Assembly (NCBI GenBank): GCA_031425655.1
Contig: JANPJS010000267.1
Location: 1-64,000, forward strand
Reading direction: 5' to 3'
Origin: Abditibacteriaceae bacterium
Lineage (GTDB): Bacteria > Armatimonadota > Abditibacteriia > Abditibacteriales > Abditibacteriaceae
Length of the DNA stretch: 64,000 bases
Shown: positions 39,701-47,421 of the stretch, in pieces
How positions within the stretch are numbered: the stretch's first letter is position 1
Layout: the number at the start of each line of letters is the position of its first letter
The notes under the pieces: generated by a model
What the model was told of the DNA's origin: nothing
Seen by the model: only the letters and a program-made list of their open reading frames with translations
Databases searched by the model: none
Position numbers and translations under genes: made by a program

Positions 39701-40332
39701 CTGCCGTTCCAAGGCTGCGTAGCTTTCTTCGAGGGATCGAATAAATCAAGCCACGGAAAGTCGGGTTGATTGCTTTTGACGCTTTGCGGCACAAGCGTCT
39801 GGTTGTCGCCGTCAGGCGTGGGAAAGGCCAAAACCGCCACGTCGTGGTAGTCGCGCCACGCTTCGCCTGACGGCTGTGGCTGCGGCAAATTCAGCGCGAC
39901 AGGAGCACCGCCGCTGACTTCACTATGCGACCACACCAGATGGCGCATGGCCTCTGATGGTGCGATCCACGGCCCTCCGGCGGTAGTCCAGCCGGGGCAG
40001 TTTTGCATAGTGAAACTCAAATTCAGGCGACGACATTCCTGTCCGGTGTGACGAATCGCGTCGTCCCACTGCGGGCTAAGCGCAACTATGTTGGGCGTGC
40101 CGGGCGGCCACGGCCCCCCACCCGATCCCTGAAACACTTGAATGCCGCCAATTCCAGCGCCCGCGATGGCCGCAAGGTCGGCGCTCAGGCCATCGTTGGC
40201 AATGTGCCCGTCGAGCAGGTGAAACCACGTTTCAGGCCGATATTCGTGTGCCGGCGAGGCGAATTCTTTTTCCAGTGGCGCGGCGTGCAAAGTCGAGGCG
40301 ATTAGCAGCGTGGCGAAGGCGATTTTAAACAT
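36736..40332 (-). CDS. GH106 alpha-L-rhamnosidase-like protein
   Basis: PETWFH, PGWTTAGGPWI, DSWE, PMCEFW, SAAHIYG, AEAFT; C-terminal LDLGRV...GLLGPV. Confidence 0.9.
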   Translation of the reverse strand: MFKIAFATLLIASTLHAAPLEKEFASPAHEYRPETWFHLLDGHIANDGLSADLAAIAGAGIGGIQVFQGSGGGPWPPGTPNIVALSPQWDDAIRHTGQECRRLNLSFTMQNCPGWTTAGGPWIAPSEAMRHLVWSHSEVSGGAPVALNLPQPQPSGEAWRDYHDVAVLAFPTPDGDNQTLVPQSVKSNQPDFPWLDLFDPSKKATQPWNGSGNVWVELEFAAPVTLRSLELPPLKDVVSGRYFDPGLAIRVQAVTPNGLMDIARRELPRSTWLDDYPLTLALPEATSPAFRLTFERTKPGTMSLSFLRLSAAARTDDWEGRAGFVLRSLDLGPAPRQSRAAWIDASKIVDLTAQTLKGALNWNAPAGKWTILRFGHVNTGARNAPAPAEATGFESDKFSSAAVEKHFANYLGRLSAPGGPAQGTLNGLLIDSWECRTQTWTPLMESEFARRRGYDLRRWLPAIAGYVVSDQETSLRFLRDWRATISDLVTENFYGRTAQLAHSRGLKVSFETALGDVAPGDILQYLGKADIPMCEFWQSDDPDRGGEETKPFLPTVSAAHIYGKRRVAAEAFTSVELRWNEHPAMLKSYADKAFARGVNHLVFHTYTHNPRLTLPPGTSFAGGIGTPFLRGQTWWKQMPAFTDYLARCQMMLERGRPVADVLWYLGDEFDHKPRQDAPFPAGYRFDYCNQDVLLHRLSVKNGLLTTPEGATWRVLWLPDCPRLTPETLAQLRGLACRGATIIAAPPRENASLSGGAAGDKRFAEKLLFPWGDKAEARATRKIGSGKMLWGMEISAALRDSGVAPDVINGGKALWCHRRDGDADIYFVAAPRGLPLRGAIGFRAKGRAELFDPLTGQTRPAPITKSDGTHTFVTLDLAPSASIFVVFRPGISAATATRIERDGKLILDAAMPPQTDSGLRVLKAFYGDEADATRQFDVTEKVRAEIAGGATTITGHNGWAGGDPALRTVKTLVIRVQTEAGTQTLRGSEGQPVALPFTTPAALPCEILPDGKLLALQNGRYRVTNTKGKTREIAVGGARIIALSGPWTLRFLPGWDAPQKVDLPTLKAWSDLENPAARFFSGTALYAYEVKLEKPTSNQRFILDLGRVANIAEVTINGRRAAPLWAAPYRLDATPLLKLGANRIEIAVTNTWRNRLIYDASLPENQRKTWTISGPPANATPEPAGLLGPVQLRVGIVAP

Positions 40333-40424
40333 AAAGTGTTCGTTAAAAGAGAAGTGCGTAGGCTCGACACTTCGCCATAAAACACGAAAAACTCGCCGGG
40401 GCGGGCTTTTCGTGTTTTACAGTT

Positions 40425-42230
40425 TTAGGGCGCCGCTTTGAAATCGAGATTGGCGAGGTTGAACGGCTGCCAGCCGTCGGTGACGGGCTTTATTTGCAGC
40501 GTATACGTGCCGGGCGCAGCGATTTCAACCGTGCCCAGCGTCACTTTTTGGAACGTGTTGTAATCGCCGGTGTTGGGCGCCGTAAACTTGAATTTCTGAT
40601 CGCCTAAGCTCACGGTCGTGGTTCCACTGCCCGTCGCGGCGACTTCGGCGCTGAGCGTGTATTTGCCGGGCCGCACCGCTTTGAACTGCCATTCGATGTA
40701 ATCGGCGGCGTTCAGCCAGAAACCGATGTTTTCTCTGCCTCCCACGTTTTGCACCTTGATTTGCTCGCCGTGCAGCGTCGCGTCGTTGACGCCCAGTTGC
40801 AGCGTGCCGTCGGCATTTTGCGTGAGAATTTGTTCGCCGACTTCCGGCGCGCCTTTGATTTTCAAGACAATCGTGCTGCTGAGCGCGTTTGGCGCGGCTT
40901 GCGGAAGTGAAATTGTCACGCCGCCATCGCCCGGCGTGCTGCGCGGCAGAGAGCTGTTAAGAGCGTCTAAAAAGTGCGTGGCGAGGACTTCGTTTTTTAA
41001 GCCGGGAAGCAGCAATTTGCCGTCTTTGGGCCAGTCGAAAACGTGCAAATACAGCGTTGTGTCATCGCCCTGTCGTTTGGTCGTCGCGCGGCCCCAATTC
41101 AGTTTCTTGAACGGGCTGGCCGTCGTGCCGTAAATCGCGGCGTTGTTGACTTTCATCCACGCGGCGATTTCCTGCAACCGCTGCACGCTGGGCGCGGGAA
41201 TCAGGCCTTCATCGGTCGGGCCGACGTTGAGAAGATAATTGCCGCCTTTGCTGGCGCAGTCAATGAGATTTCGCACCAGAGTTTGCGTGGATTTCCAATT
41301 CTGATCGGCTTTGTTGTAGCCCCAGTGATTGTTCATCGTCATGCACGATTCCCAGTCCACGCCGGGGCCAAAACCCGTCGGAGGAATCTCTTGTTCGGGC
41401 GTGCCGTAATCGCCGACGCCTTTGCCTTTGTCCATGCCCTGCATTCCCGAACGGCCCTTGCCGACGCGGTTGTTGACAATGGTTTGCGGCTGCAAAGTGC
41501 GAATGTAATTGTAAAGATCAACGCCGCGCTCGTGCGTCCAGGTGCTTTCCCATTCGCCGTCGAACCACACGATGCCAATCGGGCCATATTCGGTTAGCAA
41601 TTCCTTAAGCTGGCCTTTCATGTAAGCCACATATTTCTCGAAATCGGGCTTGCCGGGATTGACTTGCGGCGCGATGTCGTTATGCGCGCGGCGCGGCGTG
41701 TAATCGGCGTGATGCCAGTCCATAATCGAGTGGTAGAAGCACAATTTCAGCCCGGCATCCTTGCAGGCGGCGGCTAATTCTTTCAGCGGGTCGCGCCCAA
41801 ACGGCGTGCGCTTGATGCCCCAGTCGCTCATTTGAGAGCGATAGATAGCGAAGCCATCGTGATGTTTCGAGGTAATCACGATGTATTTCATGCCGGCGTC
41901 TTTGGCCAGGCGCACCCATTCTTTGGCGTCGAACTTCGTCGGGTTGAACTGGTCGGCGTATTTTGCGTATTGCGAGACCGGCATTTTGGTTTCTTCGAGA
42001 AACCATTCGCCGTAGCCCTTGTTGCCGTTCCATTCGCCGGCGGGCACGGCATAAACGCCCCAGTGAACGAACAGCCCAAAGCGCGCTTCGCGGAACCACG
42101 CCATGCGCGCATCGCGTTGCTGCGCGGTTTCGGGCAGCGGTTTGAGTTCGGGTTTGGCGTCCTGCGCGAAGGCAGCGGGCGCCCAAAGCGCACCGGCCAG
42201 AAGTGCGGTGCTGAGTTTCAAATGTTTCAT
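40425..42230 (-). CDS. GH29 alpha-L-fucosidase with C-terminal CBM-like domain
   Basis: FGLFVHWG, KHHDGF, WFDG, WESCMT, LLNVGP; signal peptide from ATG 42230. Confidence 0.95.
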   Translation of the reverse strand: MKHLKLSTALLAGALWAPAAFAQDAKPELKPLPETAQQRDARMAWFREARFGLFVHWGVYAVPAGEWNGNKGYGEWFLEETKMPVSQYAKYADQFNPTKFDAKEWVRLAKDAGMKYIVITSKHHDGFAIYRSQMSDWGIKRTPFGRDPLKELAAACKDAGLKLCFYHSIMDWHHADYTPRRAHNDIAPQVNPGKPDFEKYVAYMKGQLKELLTEYGPIGIVWFDGEWESTWTHERGVDLYNYIRTLQPQTIVNNRVGKGRSGMQGMDKGKGVGDYGTPEQEIPPTGFGPGVDWESCMTMNNHWGYNKADQNWKSTQTLVRNLIDCASKGGNYLLNVGPTDEGLIPAPSVQRLQEIAAWMKVNNAAIYGTTASPFKKLNWGRATTKRQGDDTTLYLHVFDWPKDGKLLLPGLKNEVLATHFLDALNSSLPRSTPGDGGVTISLPQAAPNALSSTIVLKIKGAPEVGEQILTQNADGTLQLGVNDATLHGEQIKVQNVGGRENIGFWLNAADYIEWQFKAVRPGKYTLSAEVAATGSGTTTVSLGDQKFKFTAPNTGDYNTFQKVTLGTVEIAAPGTYTLQIKPVTDGWQPFNLANLDFKAAP

Positions 42231-42245
42231 AAATTTCCTTGTTTC

Positions 42246-42361
42246 AATAGAACGCGGAGCTTCGCTACACGGAAACGGCTTTGATTTTCGCAGTTTGTTC
42301 CAAATAAAAACCAGCGAAAATCCGCGCATGAAATCCGCGTAGCGAAGCTCCGCGTTCTATT
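42246..42361. repeat. 28-bp inverted repeat of REP type
   Basis: aatagaacgcggagcttcgctacacgga / tccgcgtagcgaagctccgcgttctatt. Confidence 0.85.
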
Positions 42362-43476
42362 CAAAAATTTGCGTGATTCAATGCATCTAACGCCGGAAGC
42401 GCATTGCCTTCGTCATCGAAAAGCGTTTTCGGACTCCAGTTTCCCATGCCTTTGGCCGGAGTCCATTTGGTCGGAATCCATTCGGGTGCCCACCAAACCA
42501 CGCCGCGCCCTAAATTGTTCGGCACTTCGCGCACGGCCTTGACGACTTCCTGCAAAAACTGCTTTTGGCCGGCGGGCGTGGCGGGATAGGCCATCGGTTC
42601 TTTTTTGTTGCTGAGATTGCTGCCTTTCCACGGATAACCGGCTTCGACCACAATAACCGGCTTGCCGTAGCGCGTCGCGGCGTTGTCCATGTTGGCTTTA
42701 AGCTGAGAAACCGGGCCGTGCCAAACCGGATAATAACTCAGCCCGATCACGTCGAACTCGACCTTTTGTTCGCGCAACTCATCGAAAAACCACTGCGTTT
42801 TGCTTTTGTCGCCGCCGCAATCAATGTGAATCATGATTTGCGGCAATGTGTCGCCCGCGCCTTGCTTCGTGCCTTTGATGCCCGCTTCGAGCAGCGCCGA
42901 AAATTTGGCGAAGGCATCGGTGGTGCCCCACGATTTGCCGTCGGGCCAGAGCATCCCGCCCGCAATTTCGTTGCCGATTTGCACCATATCTGGCATGGCG
43001 TCCGCCGCTTTAAACGCCGCGATGGAATCGCGGCTGTAATCGAAAACGCGCTGAGTCAAGTCCTCGAAATTCAAATCTTTCCACGCCGCCGGTCTGTGTT
43101 GCTTCGCCGGGTCGGCCCAGGTGTCGGAGTAATGAAAATCGAGCAGCAGCTTGAATCCGGCTATTTTAATGCGCTGCGCCAGCTTGATCGTATAATCCAG
43201 ACCACAAACTTGGTCGGCCTTGCCGCTGGGATTAATCCACAAGCGCAAGCGCATGAAATTACAGCCGCGCGTCTTGAAGATTTCCAGCAAATCACGCTCT
43301 TTGCCGCCGTCGCGAAACACGCCGCCAAGTTCTTCGACTTTCGTCAGCAGCGAAATATCACCGCCGGTGAGAAATTCAGGCGTAGTGTTTTGCGCGAAAA
43401 CGGGTGTAAGGTCACTCATTGCCATTAGAAGTGTGGTCGCTAACAAAACGAGTTTCGATGTTTGCTGATTTCTCAT
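42361..43476 (-). CDS. GH53 endo-beta-1,4-galactanase
   Basis: GGDIS, RLRLW, DFHYSDTWADP, QIGNE, SYYP. Confidence 0.95.
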   Translation of the reverse strand: MRNQQTSKLVLLATTLLMAMSDLTPVFAQNTTPEFLTGGDISLLTKVEELGGVFRDGGKERDLLEIFKTRGCNFMRLRLWINPSGKADQVCGLDYTIKLAQRIKIAGFKLLLDFHYSDTWADPAKQHRPAAWKDLNFEDLTQRVFDYSRDSIAAFKAADAMPDMVQIGNEIAGGMLWPDGKSWGTTDAFAKFSALLEAGIKGTKQGAGDTLPQIMIHIDCGGDKSKTQWFFDELREQKVEFDVIGLSYYPVWHGPVSQLKANMDNAATRYGKPVIVVEAGYPWKGSNLSNKKEPMAYPATPAGQKQFLQEVVKAVREVPNNLGRGVVWWAPEWIPTKWTPAKGMGNWSPKTLFDDEGNALPALDALNHANF

Positions 43477-43759
43477 GCTGAACATTCTCCTCAAGTTCCT
43501 CAAACCACCAACTAACTTCCAACTCTAATTCATAAAAACCAGAGCCATGTTTCCCCCCGCCGTCTTTTAAAGCTGCGACAAACAGTGCTAATTCATTGGA
43601 ATTCGGCGAGTCTTCCGTTAGATATTTGCGCCACTGTGTGGCCATATACAAGCCAAGACGGAAAGAGTGCCCTGAACTGCCGAATCTTTCAAAATAATCA
43701 ATTATTCGGTCAGCAAATTCGATTCTCTCTTCAACTGTTCGTTTATGTTTGGACATCAT
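43412..43759 (-). CDS. AT-richer orphan hypothetical protein
   Basis: GAGGAAAG RBS; 115-aa ORF overlapping the GH53 start. Confidence 0.5.
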   Translation of the reverse strand: MMSKHKRTVEERIEFADRIIDYFERFGSSGHSFRLGLYMATQWRKYLTEDSPNSNELALFVAALKDGGGKHGSGFYELELEVSWWFEELEENVQHEKSANIETRFVSDHTSNGNE

Positions 43760-43771
43760 TGTCTGCTTTCC

Positions 43772-44011
43772 TCACGGCGCTGCGCGAGTCGCTTTTTGCA
43801 GATTCTTCACGATAAAATCAGCGACCGGCGTCGGGTCGTCCAGCAAATCACGCGCTTTGCCGCCGTCGCGGAACACGCCGCCAAGTTCTTCGACTTTGGT
43901 CAGCAGCGAAATATCACCGCCGGTCAGGAATGCGTTTGGCATAGCCGTAGTTTGCGCGCACAAAGGCAGCGCGGCTATACACAGAGCGAAAGCGGCGAAG
44001 AACTTGTGCAT
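43772..44011 (-). pseudogene. Chimeric remnant: alternative GH53 5' end fused to a copy of the SGNH gene 3' end
   Basis: 43839-43930 matches 43283-43374; 43771-43842 matches 45058-45129; joined at a shared TCCA. Confidence 0.9.
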
Positions 44012-44016
44012 AATCG

Positions 44017-45051
44017 CTAACGGGAGTGCGGCGGCTTGTTGGAAGTTTTCGCGGTGCGGTCGAGCAGCGGAATATCAAGTGTCAGCGGCCAGCGATTGTT
44101 GCACGAGAGTTGTCCATGTAAACGCAATTTCTGCGCTTCGGGCGCAAAACGGGAAGAAAATTCCAATTTCGCTGTGTATCGTCGTTTGTCTTCAGCGGAT
44201 TGAGTAATTGCAGCGGGGTCGCCACTTCTTCGGCTGCGCGGTTGCCCTTTCTCATCCACAATTTGCCAATCGCTTCCTGCTTTTATAGGAGACCACCAAT
44301 CCTGCTTTTGCGACGGTGAGCCGGTATCAAAGAGATGAATAACCAGTTGCTTGTCTTCGTAAGGATTGCCGGGAGCGGCTTTAAAGGGTTCGATGCTCCA
44401 TTTTTCAATTTGAAGTTGTGGATTAGTGGAAACGATGGGCATTTTTATCGTTTCATTTTCGCGCCGCAACAACAGAGACCTCGACGCCCATATCACGCCG
44501 CCTTTGGCCTTTAATTTTGCGAGAGTTGCTTCGTCAATATCTTTTAAGTCAAGGGAAGTTGCGGGGCGGATTCCCACGTCAAGGAACAGCCAGAGTTCGC
44601 CTAAATTAAGAGGCACTTTACGGAGCGCGAAAGAAATATTATTCAATGAGTGGTCATCACCGGCACTGCCTCCACTTCCACTTCCGCCGCCACGCGCCGG
44701 CAGCCAACGGACATAGGATTCGTAATTATCGAAAGTGCCCCGGCAGAATAAGGTGCGATCCCGCTTGTTTTTTCGGGCAACTAAGCGCAGGCATTGCAGC
44801 CATTCAACGGAAGGAGCGCGCCACGACGGCGGTAATGTGCCGTTAGTTTTCGCTGCGATGCTAATTTTCGTATCGCGTCCGGCCCACACATCTATGGGAT
44901 AAATCGGCTCTTTAATGACCTTCACCGTAAAGCCGAATTTCGGCGGGGCCGGCGGCGGTTTAATCGGATTGCGCTGGCGCCACCAGCCAACCACAAGCAG
45001 TGCCAAAACGGGAAACATCATCAAAAACAGGTTGTTGCGCGAAGATTTCAT
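44017..45051 (-). CDS. Membrane-anchored hypothetical protein (paralog P1 of 62083-63120)
   Basis: N-terminal TM; YPIDVWAGRDT and SCNNRWPL.DIPLLDRT shared with P2. Confidence 0.8.
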   Translation of the reverse strand: MKSSRNNLFLMMFPVLALLVVGWWRQRNPIKPPPAPPKFGFTVKVIKEPIYPIDVWAGRDTKISIAAKTNGTLPPSWRAPSVEWLQCLRLVARKNKRDRTLFCRGTFDNYESYVRWLPARGGGSGSGGSAGDDHSLNNISFALRKVPLNLGELWLFLDVGIRPATSLDLKDIDEATLAKLKAKGGVIWASRSLLLRRENETIKMPIVSTNPQLQIEKWSIEPFKAAPGNPYEDKQLVIHLFDTGSPSQKQDWWSPIKAGSDWQIVDEKGQPRSRRSGDPAAITQSAEDKRRYTAKLEFSSRFAPEAQKLRLHGQLSCNNRWPLTLDIPLLDRTAKTSNKPPHSR

Positions 45052-45058
45052 AAAACGC

Positions 45059-46744
45059 TCACGGCGCTGCGGGATTCGCTTTTTGTAGATTCTTCACGAT
45101 AAAATCCGCGACCGGCGTCGGGTCGTCCAAGCCGTGCGGATGATGGCCGATGCCGGGTTTGGCGATGGTTTCGATGCTGCCGCCTAAGGCTTTATAGCGT
45201 TCGGCGATGACACCAGCATTTTCGTCCCACGGCACTACGTCGTCGGCGTCGCCGTAGACGTGAAATAGAGGGATTTTCGCATCGGCTAAAGGCTTGAGGT
45301 TGTCAATCGGGTTGCCTTTGAAAGCTATCGCTGCGGTCTCGTCGTTGAAGTTGTAAATCTTCGCGGCCAACTGCCAATCGCCGGGGCTGCCTTTGCCTTT
45401 TCCCTTGCCGCCGGGCCAGCTTTTCATGTCCACAACCGCTGCGTCGCCGAAGATGCACGACACTTTACCGGGGTTGGCAATCGCCCAGTTGTAGCAATAT
45501 AAACCGCCCCGGCTCATGCCGATGAGCGCCGGTTTGCGCGCCATGCCGTAATGCTGCACCAACTCGGCGTAGGCGGCGTTCCAATGACGCACAGCTTCCG
45601 AGTTGCCCAATAGGTTTTGCGTGTTCAACGTCACGATATAAACCCCGCGTTTCAGCAGTTCGATTTCGAGTTTGGGAAAAGCGTCGAGAAACTCACCTTT
45701 CCATGCCCACAATTTGCCGGGCAGCGGCGCGGCGGGCGCGATAACGGTGCAGATTTTCTCGCCGACAGGAAAATCGTAGCGGTCGGAGCCATTCCACGCC
45801 GATTTTTTGCCGGGAAACGGCTGGGCGGCTTGCGCCCCAATCTGTGCCGTCAGTTCCTGGACTTTTGCGTTCGCTTCGTCCATCGGCAAGCCTTTGGCGA
45901 GGCCGGGACGCGCGTGGCCCGTCGAAGTCAGCCACGCGTTGCGGCGAATGGCCATGCGCTGCTGGACAAGGTCGCGCATCGGCTTGGCGAAAGAGGACGA
46001 ACGCGCGAAAAACGCTTGGGCTTCAGCGGGCGACGAAAAGTATTGAATGATCTGGCGCGCTATCAAATCGTGGCCTTCGCGGCTCGGATGCACGCCGTCG
46101 CCGGCAAAACGGAAATTCGGCTCGGCTTTGCGGCGTTCATCCAAAGCGGCGCGCATCGGGCCATGAATGTCAATTACGCTCCAGCCGTCTTTGCGCTTGG
46201 AAAGCAGCCATTCGCTGAAGCGATGGAGCATTTCGTCGTGCTTGCTGATGCCCTTGCCCGGCCCGGCGTCGTGAATCGGCGGCGTGAGCGCGATGAACTG
46301 CTTCACACCGGCTTTTTCAACGGTGGATTTCAGCGTTTCCATCGCGGCGCAGTAACGTGCGAAACCTTCGTCGTTTTGCGGCAGCGAGGAGCCGTCGTTC
46401 ATGCCGTAGCAGGCCAAAACCCAGTCCGGCTGCGACTTTTCGAGAATACGGTTTAAGCGTTCGCTAATCGTCGGGCGCGGAAAACCATGCGGCTTGATAT
46501 GCGTTTCCTGCTGTTCAAGCGGCGTCAAATCGGCGGCGGTTTCGCTGGGCAAACCGAGATTAATCACTTCAGCAGTCGCGCCGCGCGAAAGCAGCCACGC
46601 TTCCACGTCCGTTATATAATCGCCGGAATAAGTGATGCTGTCGCCTAAAATCACGATACGTTTGGCGCCGGTGATGTCGGGCGCGGCGAGCGCGGTGTGA
46701 ATCGTCATGGCAGTCAGTAAAGCGGCGAAGAGAAGGGTTTTCAT
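45059..46744 (-). CDS. SGNH/GDSL esterase fused to an alpha/beta hydrolase
   Basis: GDSIT, YGMND, DGVHP; GMSRGG, GDADDVVP, GHHPH. Confidence 0.9.
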   Translation of the reverse strand: MKTLLFAALLTAMTIHTALAAPDITGAKRIVILGDSITYSGDYITDVEAWLLSRGATAEVINLGLPSETAADLTPLEQQETHIKPHGFPRPTISERLNRILEKSQPDWVLACYGMNDGSSLPQNDEGFARYCAAMETLKSTVEKAGVKQFIALTPPIHDAGPGKGISKHDEMLHRFSEWLLSKRKDGWSVIDIHGPMRAALDERRKAEPNFRFAGDGVHPSREGHDLIARQIIQYFSSPAEAQAFFARSSSFAKPMRDLVQQRMAIRRNAWLTSTGHARPGLAKGLPMDEANAKVQELTAQIGAQAAQPFPGKKSAWNGSDRYDFPVGEKICTVIAPAAPLPGKLWAWKGEFLDAFPKLEIELLKRGVYIVTLNTQNLLGNSEAVRHWNAAYAELVQHYGMARKPALIGMSRGGLYCYNWAIANPGKVSCIFGDAAVVDMKSWPGGKGKGKGSPGDWQLAAKIYNFNDETAAIAFKGNPIDNLKPLADAKIPLFHVYGDADDVVPWDENAGVIAERYKALGGSIETIAKPGIGHHPHGLDDPTPVADFIVKNLQKANPAAP

Positions 46745-46832
46745 GGCGCATTTTTGGAAAGATGCGCCGCGCTTTTGTGGCATTTCTCGTCTCCCCAAAA
46801 CGCGCCAGCCCCGCCGATTTATACTTGTTGCC

Positions 46833-47417
46833 ATGCGTGACTACAAATTCGACACACCCGAAGAAGCCTATGCCGAAGCCGAGCGCCGAATCGAAGCAGC
46901 CCAGCGTGGGGACATCACACTACTCGGCTTAAGCGACTTAGGGTTGGCTTCTCTGCCAGAGAGCATTGGGCAACTGACACAAATTGACTTGCTTGATCTT
47001 GCCGGCAACCGACTCACGCAATTGCCGGAGAGCATCGGACAATTGGAAAAACTGACACTGCTTGACCTTAGCCAAAACCAACTCACGCACCTGCCGGAGA
47101 GCATCGGGCAATTAGAAAAACTCCTAACGCTTTCCATCTCCGGCAACCAACTTACGCAATTGCCGGAAAGCATCGGACAATTAGAAAAATTGAGAATGCT
47201 TGACGTGCACGACAACGAACTCATCATGCTGCCAGAGAGCTTGCTCTCCTTGGCGGAGGCCGACAATTTGCGGGAGCTTTATTTGGGCGGTAACGATGCA
47301 CTTGGCATCCCGCCGGAGATTTTCGGGCCAACATTTCAAAAGGAAACGGGACTTGAACCGGTCGCCCCGCGCGAGATTCTGCGCTATTACTTCGCGCAAC
47401 GACGCGGCTCTGTGTAG
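46833..47417 (+). CDS. Leucine-rich repeat protein (Roco-like N-terminus, no ROC/COR)
   Basis: Tandem 23-aa LPESIGQLxxLxxLxLxxNxL repeats; ends LGIPPEI...PREILRYYF. Confidence 0.88.
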   Translation: MRDYKFDTPEEAYAEAERRIEAAQRGDITLLGLSDLGLASLPESIGQLTQIDLLDLAGNRLTQLPESIGQLEKLTLLDLSQNQLTHLPESIGQLEKLLTLSISGNQLTQLPESIGQLEKLRMLDVHDNELIMLPESLLSLAEADNLRELYLGGNDALGIPPEIFGPTFQKETGLEPVAPREILRYYFAQRRGSV

Positions 47418-47421
47418 CCAC

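Noticed and set aside
44017..45051. P1/P2 or CSLREA repeats as a diversity-generating retroelement
   Set aside because: No reverse transcriptase, and differences between repeats are not adenine-specific.
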